Below are positions 36,304-46,163 of a stretch of DNA of 64,000 nt, piece by piece. The stretch lies in the NCBI GenBank assembly GCA_016787225.1, contig JAEUUY010000023.1, forward strand, positions 19,441 through 83,440, given 5' to 3'. The position numbers and the translations under genes were made by a program. The notes under the pieces are model-generated. The model searched no databases and had not been told where the DNA came from. It worked only from the letters and a program-made list of their open reading frames with translations. The first letter of the stretch is position 1, and every line of letters starts with the position of its first letter. This DNA comes from Chitinophagales bacterium. Its GTDB lineage: Bacteria; Bacteroidota; Bacteroidia; Chitinophagales; JADJOU01.

Positions 36304-38340
36304 TTTTTTTAATCTATCTTCTAATTCTGATTTCGTAAGAATTTTATAACTTAATTGTAGATTCCTTTCTTTTTCTGGAGAGAATGGAGCCTCAGCATAA
36401 TTGATTCTTTTTTCAGCATCCATAAAATAGGATACAATTAATCCGCTAAGATTATCTGGAAGTTTAACATATGAATTGTGCATATAAACACTAGAATTTA
36501 TTTTAGGAATTATTGCATAAAACAATGGTGCGCTATCTTCATTTAGTGGAGCATTTATCACTTTGTATTCTGCTAACTTATTTTGTTGCACATTGTAATA
36601 CCTATCACAGTTAAACCATGTAAAAGAAGACAAATTCGCCCTAAAAAAATCCTCTCGTAAGACTCTAACGTTCCTAGATGCTATAACATCTTTTTTGACA
36701 TAATCACCTGAAACTCGATCCAAATAGACTATAGCAGAATCAATTGATTTATCTTTTAGTGCATTCAAAACACTATAAAATCTGCGGTTAGTTTCAGCAA
36801 TATCCTCGCTACAACCCTTAAATTGCCTTACTCTAATTGCTTTTGGATTACGAACTTCATAGAATTCTTTCAAGCTATTATTTAGTAGTTTGACTAATGA
36901 TTTATAATAGTCATTAGGTTTAAACTTAATTACTGCGCTCTTGGAGGCTATTAAATCATCAAAATTATGTTGAAAAAAACTATCCTTCGAAGCTAATGCT
37001 TTTGCTCTATCCTTATTTTCACTTAACTGTCTGATATATTCTCTTTCCAACCAAGCGAGTTTGTAATTAATTATATCCTTGTATAATGAGTCTAAATCAT
37101 CATTAAATTTACGTACAGCTTGATTATATTCTCTTGTAGCCTCATTATATCTTTCTACCAAAGGCTTTTTTTTATCATATCGCTTCTCGAACCTAGCCAG
37201 TTTTTTTAAATAATCATTATAAGCAGGGCTATACTTTCTCTCTCGAATACTATCTTCCCTCGAGGTGTTGAATATAATTTTTTGAAACAAATTTGGACTA
37301 TATCGTGGTTCATTAATATGTGGCTTTTTTGGCTCACAAGGATATTTAGCTACAATAGGTGTTTCAGGAATTTTAATGTTATAATCTCGTTCTATTAAAA
37401 AATGGCTCAATTTAGGTCGCGAGTACCAACTATCTATAGAAATAGTATTTAATTTTACTTTAGGAGATTCTTTTGTTATAACGCTTACATTGTCAAATCT
37501 CCTTTCTTCCTTTTCCCATTTAATAACATCGTATTCAGATTTTTTTCCTTTAAAAACAAACATATTATCTGTTTTAAATTTATTCGGCAAACTAGCCTTA
37601 TATTCCTTGCCCGGGGCTAATTTTAGCTCTTTTTCATTCGATGTTAAGGATACATTGAACATGCCGCCGCTTTCTAAGATTTTCCCATCGTGTGTTTCGG
37701 TAGATATATTGGCTTGCAGCTGATCCATAAAAGATTGAATTTCATTTAATTTCACTTTAATTTCATCGTTCTCGCCTAGAGGACTTCCATCTTCATATAC
37801 TAAATCTTGACGAAGTATTTCTAGTTTCGTTCCTTTTTTACCCTTCACTTCTAGTTTTATTTTCTCCGGAGAGAATTGAAAAATTTGATTGAAATCTGGT
37901 TGAATGACATTCACTATATCTTGGATATTTCTTGCATGAATGAATTGAAAATTCAATTCTACTCTGCGATTCTGAGACTTTTCAATCTCATTTCGCTCTC
38001 TGTTTAAGAGTTTATTTTCTCCGAAATAGCTAGATGAAAAAATATCTGAAACCACAGAATATTCTTGAAGTAGTTTCTTTATATGTATTGTGCGCCTATT
38101 GGAAAGAGCAATATTGTAAGCCGAACTACCATCTCCGTCTGTGTGACCAGACATATTTATGGAAACGATATATTGTTCCTTATTACTTTTTATGAATTGA
38201 CCTAGTTTGAGTTTTTCCTTTTCATTTAATGTGTCTATATCTTTTGCAAAAAGAAGTACTAGGTTTTTATAACTTTGAGTTTGGCTAAATAGAGTCGTGA
38301 TGGATAGAATGCACAATCCTTTAAAAATAATTCTACTCAT
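36298..38340 (-). CDS. OmpA-family protein: N-terminal OmpA/peptidoglycan-binding-like domain plus ~545-aa uncharacterised region
   Basis: 680 aa. Signal peptide. GHTDGDGSSAYNIALSNRR...NRRVEL lies within the first ~135 aa. The rest is Lys/Glu/Asn-rich with no motif I recognise. Confidence 0.7.
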   Translation of the reverse strand: MSRIIFKGLCILSITTLFSQTQSYKNLVLLFAKDIDTLNEKEKLKLGQFIKSNKEQYIVSINMSGHTDGDGSSAYNIALSNRRTIHIKKLLQEYSVVSDIFSSSYFGENKLLNRERNEIEKSQNRRVELNFQFIHARNIQDIVNVIQPDFNQIFQFSPEKIKLEVKGKKGTKLEILRQDLVYEDGSPLGENDEIKVKLNEIQSFMDQLQANISTETHDGKILESGGMFNVSLTSNEKELKLAPGKEYKASLPNKFKTDNMFVFKGKKSEYDVIKWEKEERRFDNVSVITKESPKVKLNTISIDSWYSRPKLSHFLIERDYNIKIPETPIVAKYPCEPKKPHINEPRYSPNLFQKIIFNTSREDSIRERKYSPAYNDYLKKLARFEKRYDKKKPLVERYNEATREYNQAVRKFNDDLDSLYKDIINYKLAWLEREYIRQLSENKDRAKALASKDSFFQHNFDDLIASKSAVIKFKPNDYYKSLVKLLNNSLKEFYEVRNPKAIRVRQFKGCSEDIAETNRRFYSVLNALKDKSIDSAIVYLDRVSGDYVKKDVIASRNVRVLREDFFRANLSSFTWFNCDRYYNVQQNKLAEYKVINAPLNEDSAPLFYAIIPKINSSVYMHNSYVKLPDNLSGLIVSYFMDAEKRINYAEAPFSPEKERNLQLSYKILTKSELEDRLKKL

Positions 38341-38430
38341 AATTATAAAAATTTTGGGTGAGGTAGAATTCTTTCTTACATAAATTTTACGGATTTATTT
38401 AGATAACGAGAACATATTTATTTTAGTATG

Positions 38431-38460
38431 CAAAAAAAGCCACCAAAAAAATTGGTGGCT
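38431..38460 (-). terminator. Rho-independent terminator
   Basis: AGCCACCAA-aaaaa-TTGGTGGCT (38438-38460), followed on the minus strand by a U-run (plus-strand caaaaaaa, 38431-38438). It lies downstream of the 95-aa gene. Confidence 0.7.
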
Positions 38461-38495
38461 AATATTAAATATACCTAACAAACAATTTATTTAGC

Positions 38496-38783
38496 CTAAG
38501 TTTCAGACTTATCATCATCTGATAACGTATCCTTGGCAATTTCTATTATTTCTCCACCTTTCTCCACAACTATATCTTTAGCATGTGAAAGAGTTTCTGC
38601 TGACTTATCGATAAACTCCTTGCCACTTTCCGCAATTTCATTAGCCGCATTGGTGACTGCATTTTTTATATCATCTATAGATCCTGATGAGTTTTCTACA
38701 ACAGTTTTTGCTTTTTCAGCTGTTTCTTCTATTTTATGTGAGGCTGATGAAAATAAGTTTTTTACTGAATCTAATAATCCCAT
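38496..38783 (-). CDS. Small hydrophilic helical protein (stress-protein-like, unassigned)
   Basis: 95 aa, Ala/Glu/Lys/Ser-rich, with no TM. The antisense ORF 38533..38793 is judged spurious. Confidence 0.4.
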   Translation of the reverse strand: MGLLDSVKNLFSSASHKIEETAEKAKTVVENSSGSIDDIKNAVTNAANEIAESGKEFIDKSAETLSHAKDIVVEKGGEIIEIAKDTLSDDDKSET

Positions 38784-38809
38784 GTTTATTTGATTTAATT
38801 GGTAATGAA

Positions 38810-41365
38810 CTATATAGTAGTTGTTTCTACTTTAACCTTGTTAGATATTTTTTCTGAAGAGCTCACTTTGCGTGTTGCATAAGTTTTGGACTCTTCTTCC
38901 TTATAATCAACAATGAAAATTTCATTGGCTAAGATTTCCCCATTAAGTATTTCTTCTGCCAAGACATCTTCAATATGTTTTTGAATAGATCGCTGCAGAG
39001 GTCTAGCCCCAAACTGCACATCATATCCTTTCTCGCAAATAAAGTCAATAGCTTTTTCAGAAACCTCAAATGGATATCCTAGTTCAAGCATACGTTTTTT
39101 TAGACTTGAAAGCAGTATACCTACTATTTGACGTATATGCTGAGGTTCTAGAGAATTGAAAAGTACCACATCATCGAGTCTATTTAGAAATTCGGGAGCG
39201 AATGTTTTTTTCAATGCCTTATCTAAAACTGTTTTGACATATTCATCCTTATTATCCTGCTTTGCTTGTGTCGCAAAACCTACACCTTGACCAAAATCTT
39301 TTAAATCACGAACTCCCACGTTAGATGTCATAATAATGAGTGTATTTTTAAAATCCACTTTGCGACCAAGTCCATCCGTCAATTGACCGTCATCAAAAAC
39401 CTGCAATAGAAGATTAAAAATATCAGGATGTGCCTTCTCTATTTCATCTAATAATACTACAGAATAAGGTTTACGTCTTACCTTTTCCGTCAATTGACCT
39501 CCCTCTTCATAACCCACATAACCCGGAGGCGCTCCTACCAATCGAGATAACGTAAATTTCTCCATATACTCACTCATATCTATGCGAATAAGTGATTCTT
39601 CGGATTCAAACAAAGTCTTAGCTATAGATTTAGCCAATTCTGTTTTACCGACTCCTGTAGGACCCAGAAAAACGAAAGTTCCTATAGGTTTGTTTGGATT
39701 TTTTAATCCGATTCTATTGCGCTGAATAGCCTTAGTTATTTTTTCTATAGCAGCATCTTGACCTATAACAGATTTTCGGAGTTCAATCTGCATACTTTTC
39801 AGCTTGGCTGATTCATCAAATGCAACCTTTGATACTGGTATGCCAGTCATCATAGCTATCACTTCCGCTATATGATCCTCGGTAATAGGAAATTTAGAGC
39901 CTTTGACATCGTTTTCCCATTTCAATTTCAAATTTTCATACTCTGCTTTCAATTCATTCTCCTTATCCCTATATTCAGCAGCCTTCTGAAAATCTTGTAC
40001 TCGAATTGCATTTTCTTTTTTAACCTTGCATTCTTCCAATTTTTCTTCAAATTGAATCACATTATCGGGGACTTTTATATTTTTTATATGAACTCTAGCA
40101 CCTACTTCATCTATGACATCGATAGCCTTGTCAGGCAAAAACCTATCCGTAATGTAGCGTTGACTCATTTTGACAGCAGCTTCTATAGCCTTGTCATCAA
40201 AAAGAACATTATGATAATCTTCGTACTTTGATTTTAAGTTTCTAATAATTGTTATGGTTTGTTCTACAGAAGGTGGGTCTATTTGTACCTTTTGAAATCT
40301 GCGTGCTAAAGCACCATCTTTTTCAATATACATTCGATATTCATCCAAAGTAGATGCTCCTATGACTTGCAATTCACCTCTAGCCAGTGCTGGTTTAAAA
40401 AGGTTAGAAGCATCGAGAGAGCCCGAGGAGCCGCCTGCTCCTACAATTGTGTGCAACTCATCAATAAACAATATGACATCTTTGTTTTTCTCCAACTCTG
40501 CCATTATGGCTTTTATCCGTTCTTCGAATTGTCCACGATACTTAGTTCCAGCTACAATTGCTGCCATATCCAGCATAACGACTCTTTTGTCAAACAAAAT
40601 ACGGGATACTTTTTTCTGAACAATTCGCAAGGCTAAACCTTCTACAATAGCAGTCTTTCCTACTCCAGGTTCGCCTATTAGGATAGGATTATTCTTCTTT
40701 CTTCTACTTAATATTTGAGATACACGCTCAATTTCTTCATCCCTTCCTACGATAGGATCAAGGGCGTCCTCTTCTGCTAACTTAGTAACATCGCGTGAAA
40801 AACTATCTAAAACAGGGGTTTTAGACTTAGAGTTCGAACGAGTTCTCGAACTAGATACTTTTTTTGGATTTAAATTGTCTTCAAAGCCATCCTCATCATC
40901 ATTCTCATACATTGCTTTTGGTGCAAAATTTAAAGTAGTTTCATAATGATCACGAAAAATTTTATCATCGATATCATAATCCCTGAAAACTTGGCTGACG
41001 ATATTATCCCTAGAGCGCAATATAGCCAACATCACATGTTCGGTATGAATTAATGGACTCTTATATTTCTTTGCTTCTAGAATCGCTACCTTGAGTATAT
41101 TATTGGTTTGTTTAGTAAGGGGAATATCGCTATTTTTTGTAAGAATTGAACCTGTATTTGATGACACCGCTTTTTCAAGCTGCTTTTTAAAAGAAGCTAG
41201 GTCTACATTCAGGTTTATCAACGTTTGACACACAAAATCTTCTTTCTCCCGAATGAGGCTAAGAACAATATGTTCTGCTCCAATACTATCATGTTGCAGA
41301 CGAATCGCTTCATCTCTGCTAAATCGCAGTATTTCTTTGACCTTGTCACTAAAACTAGCTTCCAT
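38810..41365 (-). CDS. clpC: ATP-dependent Clp protease ATP-binding subunit (ClpC-type AAA+ chaperone)
   Basis: 851 aa. Clp_N repeats, two Walker A sites ([21 protein letters not shown]) and a UVR-like linker. Confidence 0.9.
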   Translation of the reverse strand: MEASFSDKVKEILRFSRDEAIRLQHDSIGAEHIVLSLIREKEDFVCQTLINLNVDLASFKKQLEKAVSSNTGSILTKNSDIPLTKQTNNILKVAILEAKKYKSPLIHTEHVMLAILRSRDNIVSQVFRDYDIDDKIFRDHYETTLNFAPKAMYENDDEDGFEDNLNPKKVSSSRTRSNSKSKTPVLDSFSRDVTKLAEEDALDPIVGRDEEIERVSQILSRRKKNNPILIGEPGVGKTAIVEGLALRIVQKKVSRILFDKRVVMLDMAAIVAGTKYRGQFEERIKAIMAELEKNKDVILFIDELHTIVGAGGSSGSLDASNLFKPALARGELQVIGASTLDEYRMYIEKDGALARRFQKVQIDPPSVEQTITIIRNLKSKYEDYHNVLFDDKAIEAAVKMSQRYITDRFLPDKAIDVIDEVGARVHIKNIKVPDNVIQFEEKLEECKVKKENAIRVQDFQKAAEYRDKENELKAEYENLKLKWENDVKGSKFPITEDHIAEVIAMMTGIPVSKVAFDESAKLKSMQIELRKSVIGQDAAIEKITKAIQRNRIGLKNPNKPIGTFVFLGPTGVGKTELAKSIAKTLFESEESLIRIDMSEYMEKFTLSRLVGAPPGYVGYEEGGQLTEKVRRKPYSVVLLDEIEKAHPDIFNLLLQVFDDGQLTDGLGRKVDFKNTLIIMTSNVGVRDLKDFGQGVGFATQAKQDNKDEYVKTVLDKALKKTFAPEFLNRLDDVVLFNSLEPQHIRQIVGILLSSLKKRMLELGYPFEVSEKAIDFICEKGYDVQFGARPLQRSIQKHIEDVLAEEILNGEILANEIFIVDYKEEESKTYATRKVSSSEKISNKVKVETTTI

Positions 41366-41519
41366 TATTCTATTGTTATTATGCTACAAATGTAATAATC
41401 AAAAGTCAGACCAGAAAAAACATTAAGACGTAAATTCACAATTCTTCTTAAAATGTATAAAAATTACTTCAATACCTAGATAAGACCAAGACAAAATGTC
41501 AATGAATCGAAATAATTCA

Positions 41520-43892
41520 CTAATGCTTTTGAATTTTTATGGTTTTATTACCTAATTCTTCATTCACTATATTTAACCAATAAATCCCATGATTTAGGGT
41601 AGAAATATCTATAAACTCTAGATTCAAACTATTATCATGCTGCTGTATCAATTTACCTTCTATAGTGTAAACATAGAGGCTATATCTCTTCGAAGCATCT
41701 AATCCACTAAAATAAATCTTATCAGAACTTGGATTTGGATATATAGTAAAATCAAGAGGATGCTTTACAGAGGAAATAGAAACCGGCGGTGGCGGTGGAT
41801 CTTTGACTCCAGTAAGGCTATCAATAGAAAACATTTGAACTCCTCCAGCATAGTTACCAAAAATTATTTCTGCTTTCCCATCATCAGTCACGTCTTTAAT
41901 AGCTATAGTTGGGCTATGATTGATTGAAAAATTGGGATAGAGACTTTTGTGTTCGTTTTTCAATATTAGCGAGCGATTATTATTTAATTTTTGAGTGTCT
42001 ATAAGCGCTTTTCCCACTTTGCCTCCGTATAAATTATAGGCAAAAATGAGGTAATCTTTACTATCATTAGGATCAGTCCAAACAGCTGGGTGGTATATGA
42101 ATTGAAATGGCAGATTTATAGGATCTAATAAGTTTTCGGGATTAATCACAGAATCACAACTCGGCTTTGAAAACTTGACTATAGAATCTTTGCTAATATT
42201 TTTGTAATATTTCAAATGAAAGAGATCTCCCATAAACATATCAACTTTCCCATCTTTATCTACATCATGAAAACAGATATTCGAACGACCATATTTATCC
42301 TCATACTCCAAGGATAGATTCTGAGTGGTATACAGAAATCCTCCAGATCCACCTTTATGGAAATACATTTCTCCTATAATGGGTAAGCTTCCATTACTGG
42401 CAAATGGTCCACTGAGATTTCTATCGAAGGATGTGATTAAAATATCATCGATCTTATCACCATTTAAATCCCCAACCGCAATTTTAATATTCGCCCTGTT
42501 TTTTGATTTATAGCTAAACAAATCATTGGATTCTAATTTATAAAGAGGCTGTTTCTTATTACCTATGTTTCTGTAATAAGTAATATATCCGATCTCCCAA
42601 GAATCGCGTTTCATAATATTAGGTATCAAAAGATCAATCAAACTATCTTTATCATAATTATAAAAAACAGGTGCAGAACCAGTTCCTACATCAATGGTTT
42701 CGTCTGCTAAGAAATCGTCATTTATAAATGCGAAGCTATCGTGATAGGTGTTTGTCGTAAGATCTAACTTCTTTCGTTTCCCTAGGTTTCTATATTGATG
42801 AATGGTTTTTACGTCATCATTAAAAAGTTTCTGAGATAACTGAACTCCTGAAAAATCTCGCTCTATGAGAAAAGAAACCAAGATGTCTTTTGCTTTATCA
42901 TTATTGACATCGTACCAAAAACCAATAGGCATCATGAGATCTATGGGCCTAGAAGAATAGCTTGGGAAACGAAAATCATCTCCTTGTTTCAAATAGGCTG
43001 AATCTTTGGTACCAATATTCAGACCTAATGGAGAGTTCTTTTGATTTTCACTATAAGCAAAGGCATCATAAAGTTTATTGCCATCAATATCAATGTTCCA
43101 TATCATTTGAAACTCGTCATGTCGAGGTGTTAATATTGGGTCTTTTTTTGGAGGAGGTAAGAATTTTTCCATATTGGGATGGCAGCCCGACTTGAATTTA
43201 AGTGGATTGAAATCTGCAAAACATGCTTGTCCATAAAATTTATTGTCTCCCTTCCAGAAGTTTTCCTTCGAAGGTAATGTCATTTCTTTTTTATAGTTTT
43301 TATAATATCTTAGGTGATTAAATGATCGAGAAACATATACAAAATCTACATCACCATCCCCATCTAAATCTTCAAACATGGGTAAATATTTATTAAGGGC
43401 TATTAACTGCGTTCTTCCATACAGCGGATCATAACTCGTATATTCTATTGAATCATAAAAGTCAAATTGAAATGTAGAATCATTGGTTCGTTTACAATAG
43501 TGAATAAAAAAATAGCTTTGTGTTTGAATTATAAGGTCTTCTGTAGAGTCTTCATCGAGGTCATGTAATAAAAATACATAGGAGCCTTCTTTAGGGAAAA
43601 ATGCTTCATAACGAGGTGCATAAACATAACTTCCATTCGGTTTTTGTATAAAAGGCTGAATTCTACCCGCACTTACACCTACCTGATGCACCACCACTAG
43701 GTCCTTGATACCATCTTTATTCAAATCCATTTGATTTATTATGCAACTATTCATGCCACCTGTAAATGGATTTAATATTTGTTTTGAACCATGATAAACT
43801 GGAACATTATTCATTCGAAACAATTCCTGCCCATGCAGATTCTTTTCAAATACCAACAAAATAGCTGCAACAAACAATATTGTTCCTTTCAT
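41520..43892 (-). CDS. FG-GAP/VCBS-repeat protein with T9SS type-A C-terminal sorting domain
   Basis: The ORF extends to 43952. The ATG at 43892 gives the signal peptide MKGTILFVAAILLVF. Repeated D.D.DG..D motifs. The C-terminus (TIYPNPSSDKIYF...IQKH) is typical of type-A CTDs. Confidence 0.75.
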   Translation of the reverse strand: MKGTILFVAAILLVFEKNLHGQELFRMNNVPVYHGSKQILNPFTGGMNSCIINQMDLNKDGIKDLVVVHQVGVSAGRIQPFIQKPNGSYVYAPRYEAFFPKEGSYVFLLHDLDEDSTEDLIIQTQSYFFIHYCKRTNDSTFQFDFYDSIEYTSYDPLYGRTQLIALNKYLPMFEDLDGDGDVDFVYVSRSFNHLRYYKNYKKEMTLPSKENFWKGDNKFYGQACFADFNPLKFKSGCHPNMEKFLPPPKKDPILTPRHDEFQMIWNIDIDGNKLYDAFAYSENQKNSPLGLNIGTKDSAYLKQGDDFRFPSYSSRPIDLMMPIGFWYDVNNDKAKDILVSFLIERDFSGVQLSQKLFNDDVKTIHQYRNLGKRKKLDLTTNTYHDSFAFINDDFLADETIDVGTGSAPVFYNYDKDSLIDLLIPNIMKRDSWEIGYITYYRNIGNKKQPLYKLESNDLFSYKSKNRANIKIAVGDLNGDKIDDILITSFDRNLSGPFASNGSLPIIGEMYFHKGGSGGFLYTTQNLSLEYEDKYGRSNICFHDVDKDGKVDMFMGDLFHLKYYKNISKDSIVKFSKPSCDSVINPENLLDPINLPFQFIYHPAVWTDPNDSKDYLIFAYNLYGGKVGKALIDTQKLNNNRSLILKNEHKSLYPNFSINHSPTIAIKDVTDDGKAEIIFGNYAGGVQMFSIDSLTGVKDPPPPPVSISSVKHPLDFTIYPNPSSDKIYFSGLDASKRYSLYVYTIEGKLIQQHDNSLNLEFIDISTLNHGIYWLNIVNEELGNKTIKIQKH

Positions 43893-44089
43893 ATCTTTTG
43901 AATTTATACAAATATACGTATAAAAACATAGAAAATCAATATCAAAATTCACGATATGTTAAGAGTATTTTATATAATAAAACACTAAAATTAAATCAAG
44001 TTTAAGGATCAAAACACCAACAGGATAGTATTCAACAAAGAATTATTAATTGAAATTATTCTTATATTGTTAATAGTTATTGAGTTCCT

Positions 44090-45568
44090 TTATTTTAAAT
44101 TATGTTTTTCCATAATATAGCTCTCAAAGTATCCGAAATCAAGTGGCTTGCCTGTTGCTTTGATGCATAATTCCTCTGAAGTAAAGAGAGAACCATATTT
44201 ATGAATATTTTCGCTGTGCCAATTATTAATTTCTTTAAACTTATTTTGCTTGATTTGCTCAATCAACTGATTATTTTTATTCATTTCCAAATACCATTGC
44301 GCGGCGAAAAATGAGCCTAAAGAGTAGGTTGGAAAATAACCCATACCTCCAAAACTCCAATGAACATCTTGTAAACAACCATTGGCATCGTCTGGCACAT
44401 CTAATTTTAAATATTCCTTATACATGGCATTCCAATAATCCCTCACCTCGCTCACTTTCAGTTCACCACTAATCAATTTCTTTTCAATTTCATAGCGTAT
44501 CATAATATGATAATGATAAGTCAACTCATCTGATTCTGTACGTATCAAACTAGGCTCTATAAAATTGATTTCTAAGAACAAATCATGAGGCGACAATCCT
44601 GCCATTTGTTGTGGAAATATATCTTGAATCAATGGGAAAATAGCCTCAATAAATACCTTACTTCGTCCAATATTATTCTCCCAAAAACGTGATTGACTCT
44701 CATGAATGCCCAAAGAAACGGAATTTGAAGAAGGCAATCCGATTATACCTCGATTTAATCCCATTTCATAAAGACCATGACCGCTTTCATGAATAGCCGA
44801 CCATATCGAAGACATCAAATCATTCTCATTGTATCTTGTGGTCATTCGAATATCTGAACTATGGAAATTCGTACAAAAAGGATGAGAAGAAATATCCATG
44901 CGAAAAAGGTCTTTATTGACTTGCAGGAATTCCAATATATCCTTTACTAATAATTGTTGCTTTGCTAATTCAAATTTCTGAGATAGAAAACCGGTCTTTG
45001 ATCCTTGTTTTGATAGCACTTTGTTTATTAAACTACCAAGCCGAATTTTAACTTCTTCAAATAATGGATCTAGCTTAGCTACCGTCATTCCTTCTTCAAA
45101 ATTATCCATTAAGGCATTATATGGGTGATCTTCATAACCTAGTAAATCACATTTCTCCTTTAACATATCTACAATGGATGCAAGCGATGGTAAGAAAAGT
45201 TTAAAATCTGAATTCAATTTTGCCTTTTCCCATACTGAATAGGCTTCACTCGTTAGTTTGCTCATACGCTCCACAAATTCTGTATTGAGTTTCTTCGATT
45301 TCTGAATATCTTTTTTTATTATAGAGACTTCTTTCCTGTCTTGATCTAGGAGTTTTTGATCTTCTAGCAAAGAATCTACCAGCTTTTCTAAATTAGGATC
45401 CGTCAATCGTTCATGCGTAAGTCCATTTATTAAGGAGGATTGATCTGCACGGAAACCCCTGTCGGAACCATGAGGCATCATGACTTCCATATCCCAGCTA
45501 AGCAGTGCTCCTATGGATTCTAACTGTTTTATTTCATACATTTTTTTCTTTAGAAGTTCGTAAGACAT
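44090..45568 (-). CDS. Carboxypeptidase M32 (Taq-type metallocarboxypeptidase)
   Basis: 492 aa. HESGHGLYE zinc motif with M32-type flanking sequence. Confidence 0.9.
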   Translation of the reverse strand: MSYELLKKKMYEIKQLESIGALLSWDMEVMMPHGSDRGFRADQSSLINGLTHERLTDPNLEKLVDSLLEDQKLLDQDRKEVSIIKKDIQKSKKLNTEFVERMSKLTSEAYSVWEKAKLNSDFKLFLPSLASIVDMLKEKCDLLGYEDHPYNALMDNFEEGMTVAKLDPLFEEVKIRLGSLINKVLSKQGSKTGFLSQKFELAKQQLLVKDILEFLQVNKDLFRMDISSHPFCTNFHSSDIRMTTRYNENDLMSSIWSAIHESGHGLYEMGLNRGIIGLPSSNSVSLGIHESQSRFWENNIGRSKVFIEAIFPLIQDIFPQQMAGLSPHDLFLEINFIEPSLIRTESDELTYHYHIMIRYEIEKKLISGELKVSEVRDYWNAMYKEYLKLDVPDDANGCLQDVHWSFGGMGYFPTYSLGSFFAAQWYLEMNKNNQLIEQIKQNKFKEINNWHSENIHKYGSLFTSEELCIKATGKPLDFGYFESYIMEKHNLK

Positions 45569-45750
45569 TAGAGAAGTTTTTTAAATTTACATATGTGATT
45601 TAAATAGTAACATTTACAAAGGATGTAATGTTAATTAATAAGTAGTTAGTATAGATACAAATTATTTTTTAGTTGTTTTCCTTGTAGATTCTGATTTTGG
45701 AAATATGATATATTTATACCATAAAGAGAAGGGAGGACAAGCTACATTCT

Positions 45751-46089
45751 TCAGTTTTTATCTTCTGAAAAAATATAAATAACTTCGTTTGGCTTTTTGA
45801 GAAGGTAGGTTTCACGGACAAATTTTTCAAAATATTCATCGCTATGTTTCAGTGCTTTTTCTTCTATTTTTGTTTGCACTAATTCTTTCTTATAGTAAGC
45901 AATTTCTTTATTCAGTTTGACAATCTGATACTTTCTCTGTGCCTGTCGAATGAGACTATTATTGTCAAAAAAAGAAATCCAGACAATAAAGAGAATTAAT
46001 GCTGTCCAATATTTATTGCGGAAATACTTCTTTATAAGATTTGATAAATTATTATAAGCTTTTATCAGCTTGGATTCCAAAACTGTCAT
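45751..46089 (-). CDS. Septum formation initiator family protein (FtsB/DivIC-like)
   Basis: 112 aa. A single TM (WTALILFIVWISFF) plus a coiled coil. Confidence 0.7.
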   Translation of the reverse strand: MTVLESKLIKAYNNLSNLIKKYFRNKYWTALILFIVWISFFDNNSLIRQAQRKYQIVKLNKEIAYYKKELVQTKIEEKALKHSDEYFEKFVRETYLLKKPNEVIYIFSEDKN

Positions 46090-46163
46090 AATGCAAATTT
46101 AACTACCTGAAATTTTAAGATTATAAATTCTATCCACAATACTATGTATAAATTAATATTCCA

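Noticed and set aside
39872-40636. Plus-strand ORFs antisense to clpC (39872..40231, 40362..40619, 40367..40636)
   Set aside because: They are antisense to a conserved AAA+ gene and have no motifs. The same applies to the ORFs antisense to der (57679..58525), priA (48043..48231), the VCBS protein (42325..42513, 42962..43195), the SPFH gene (34774..35471) and others.
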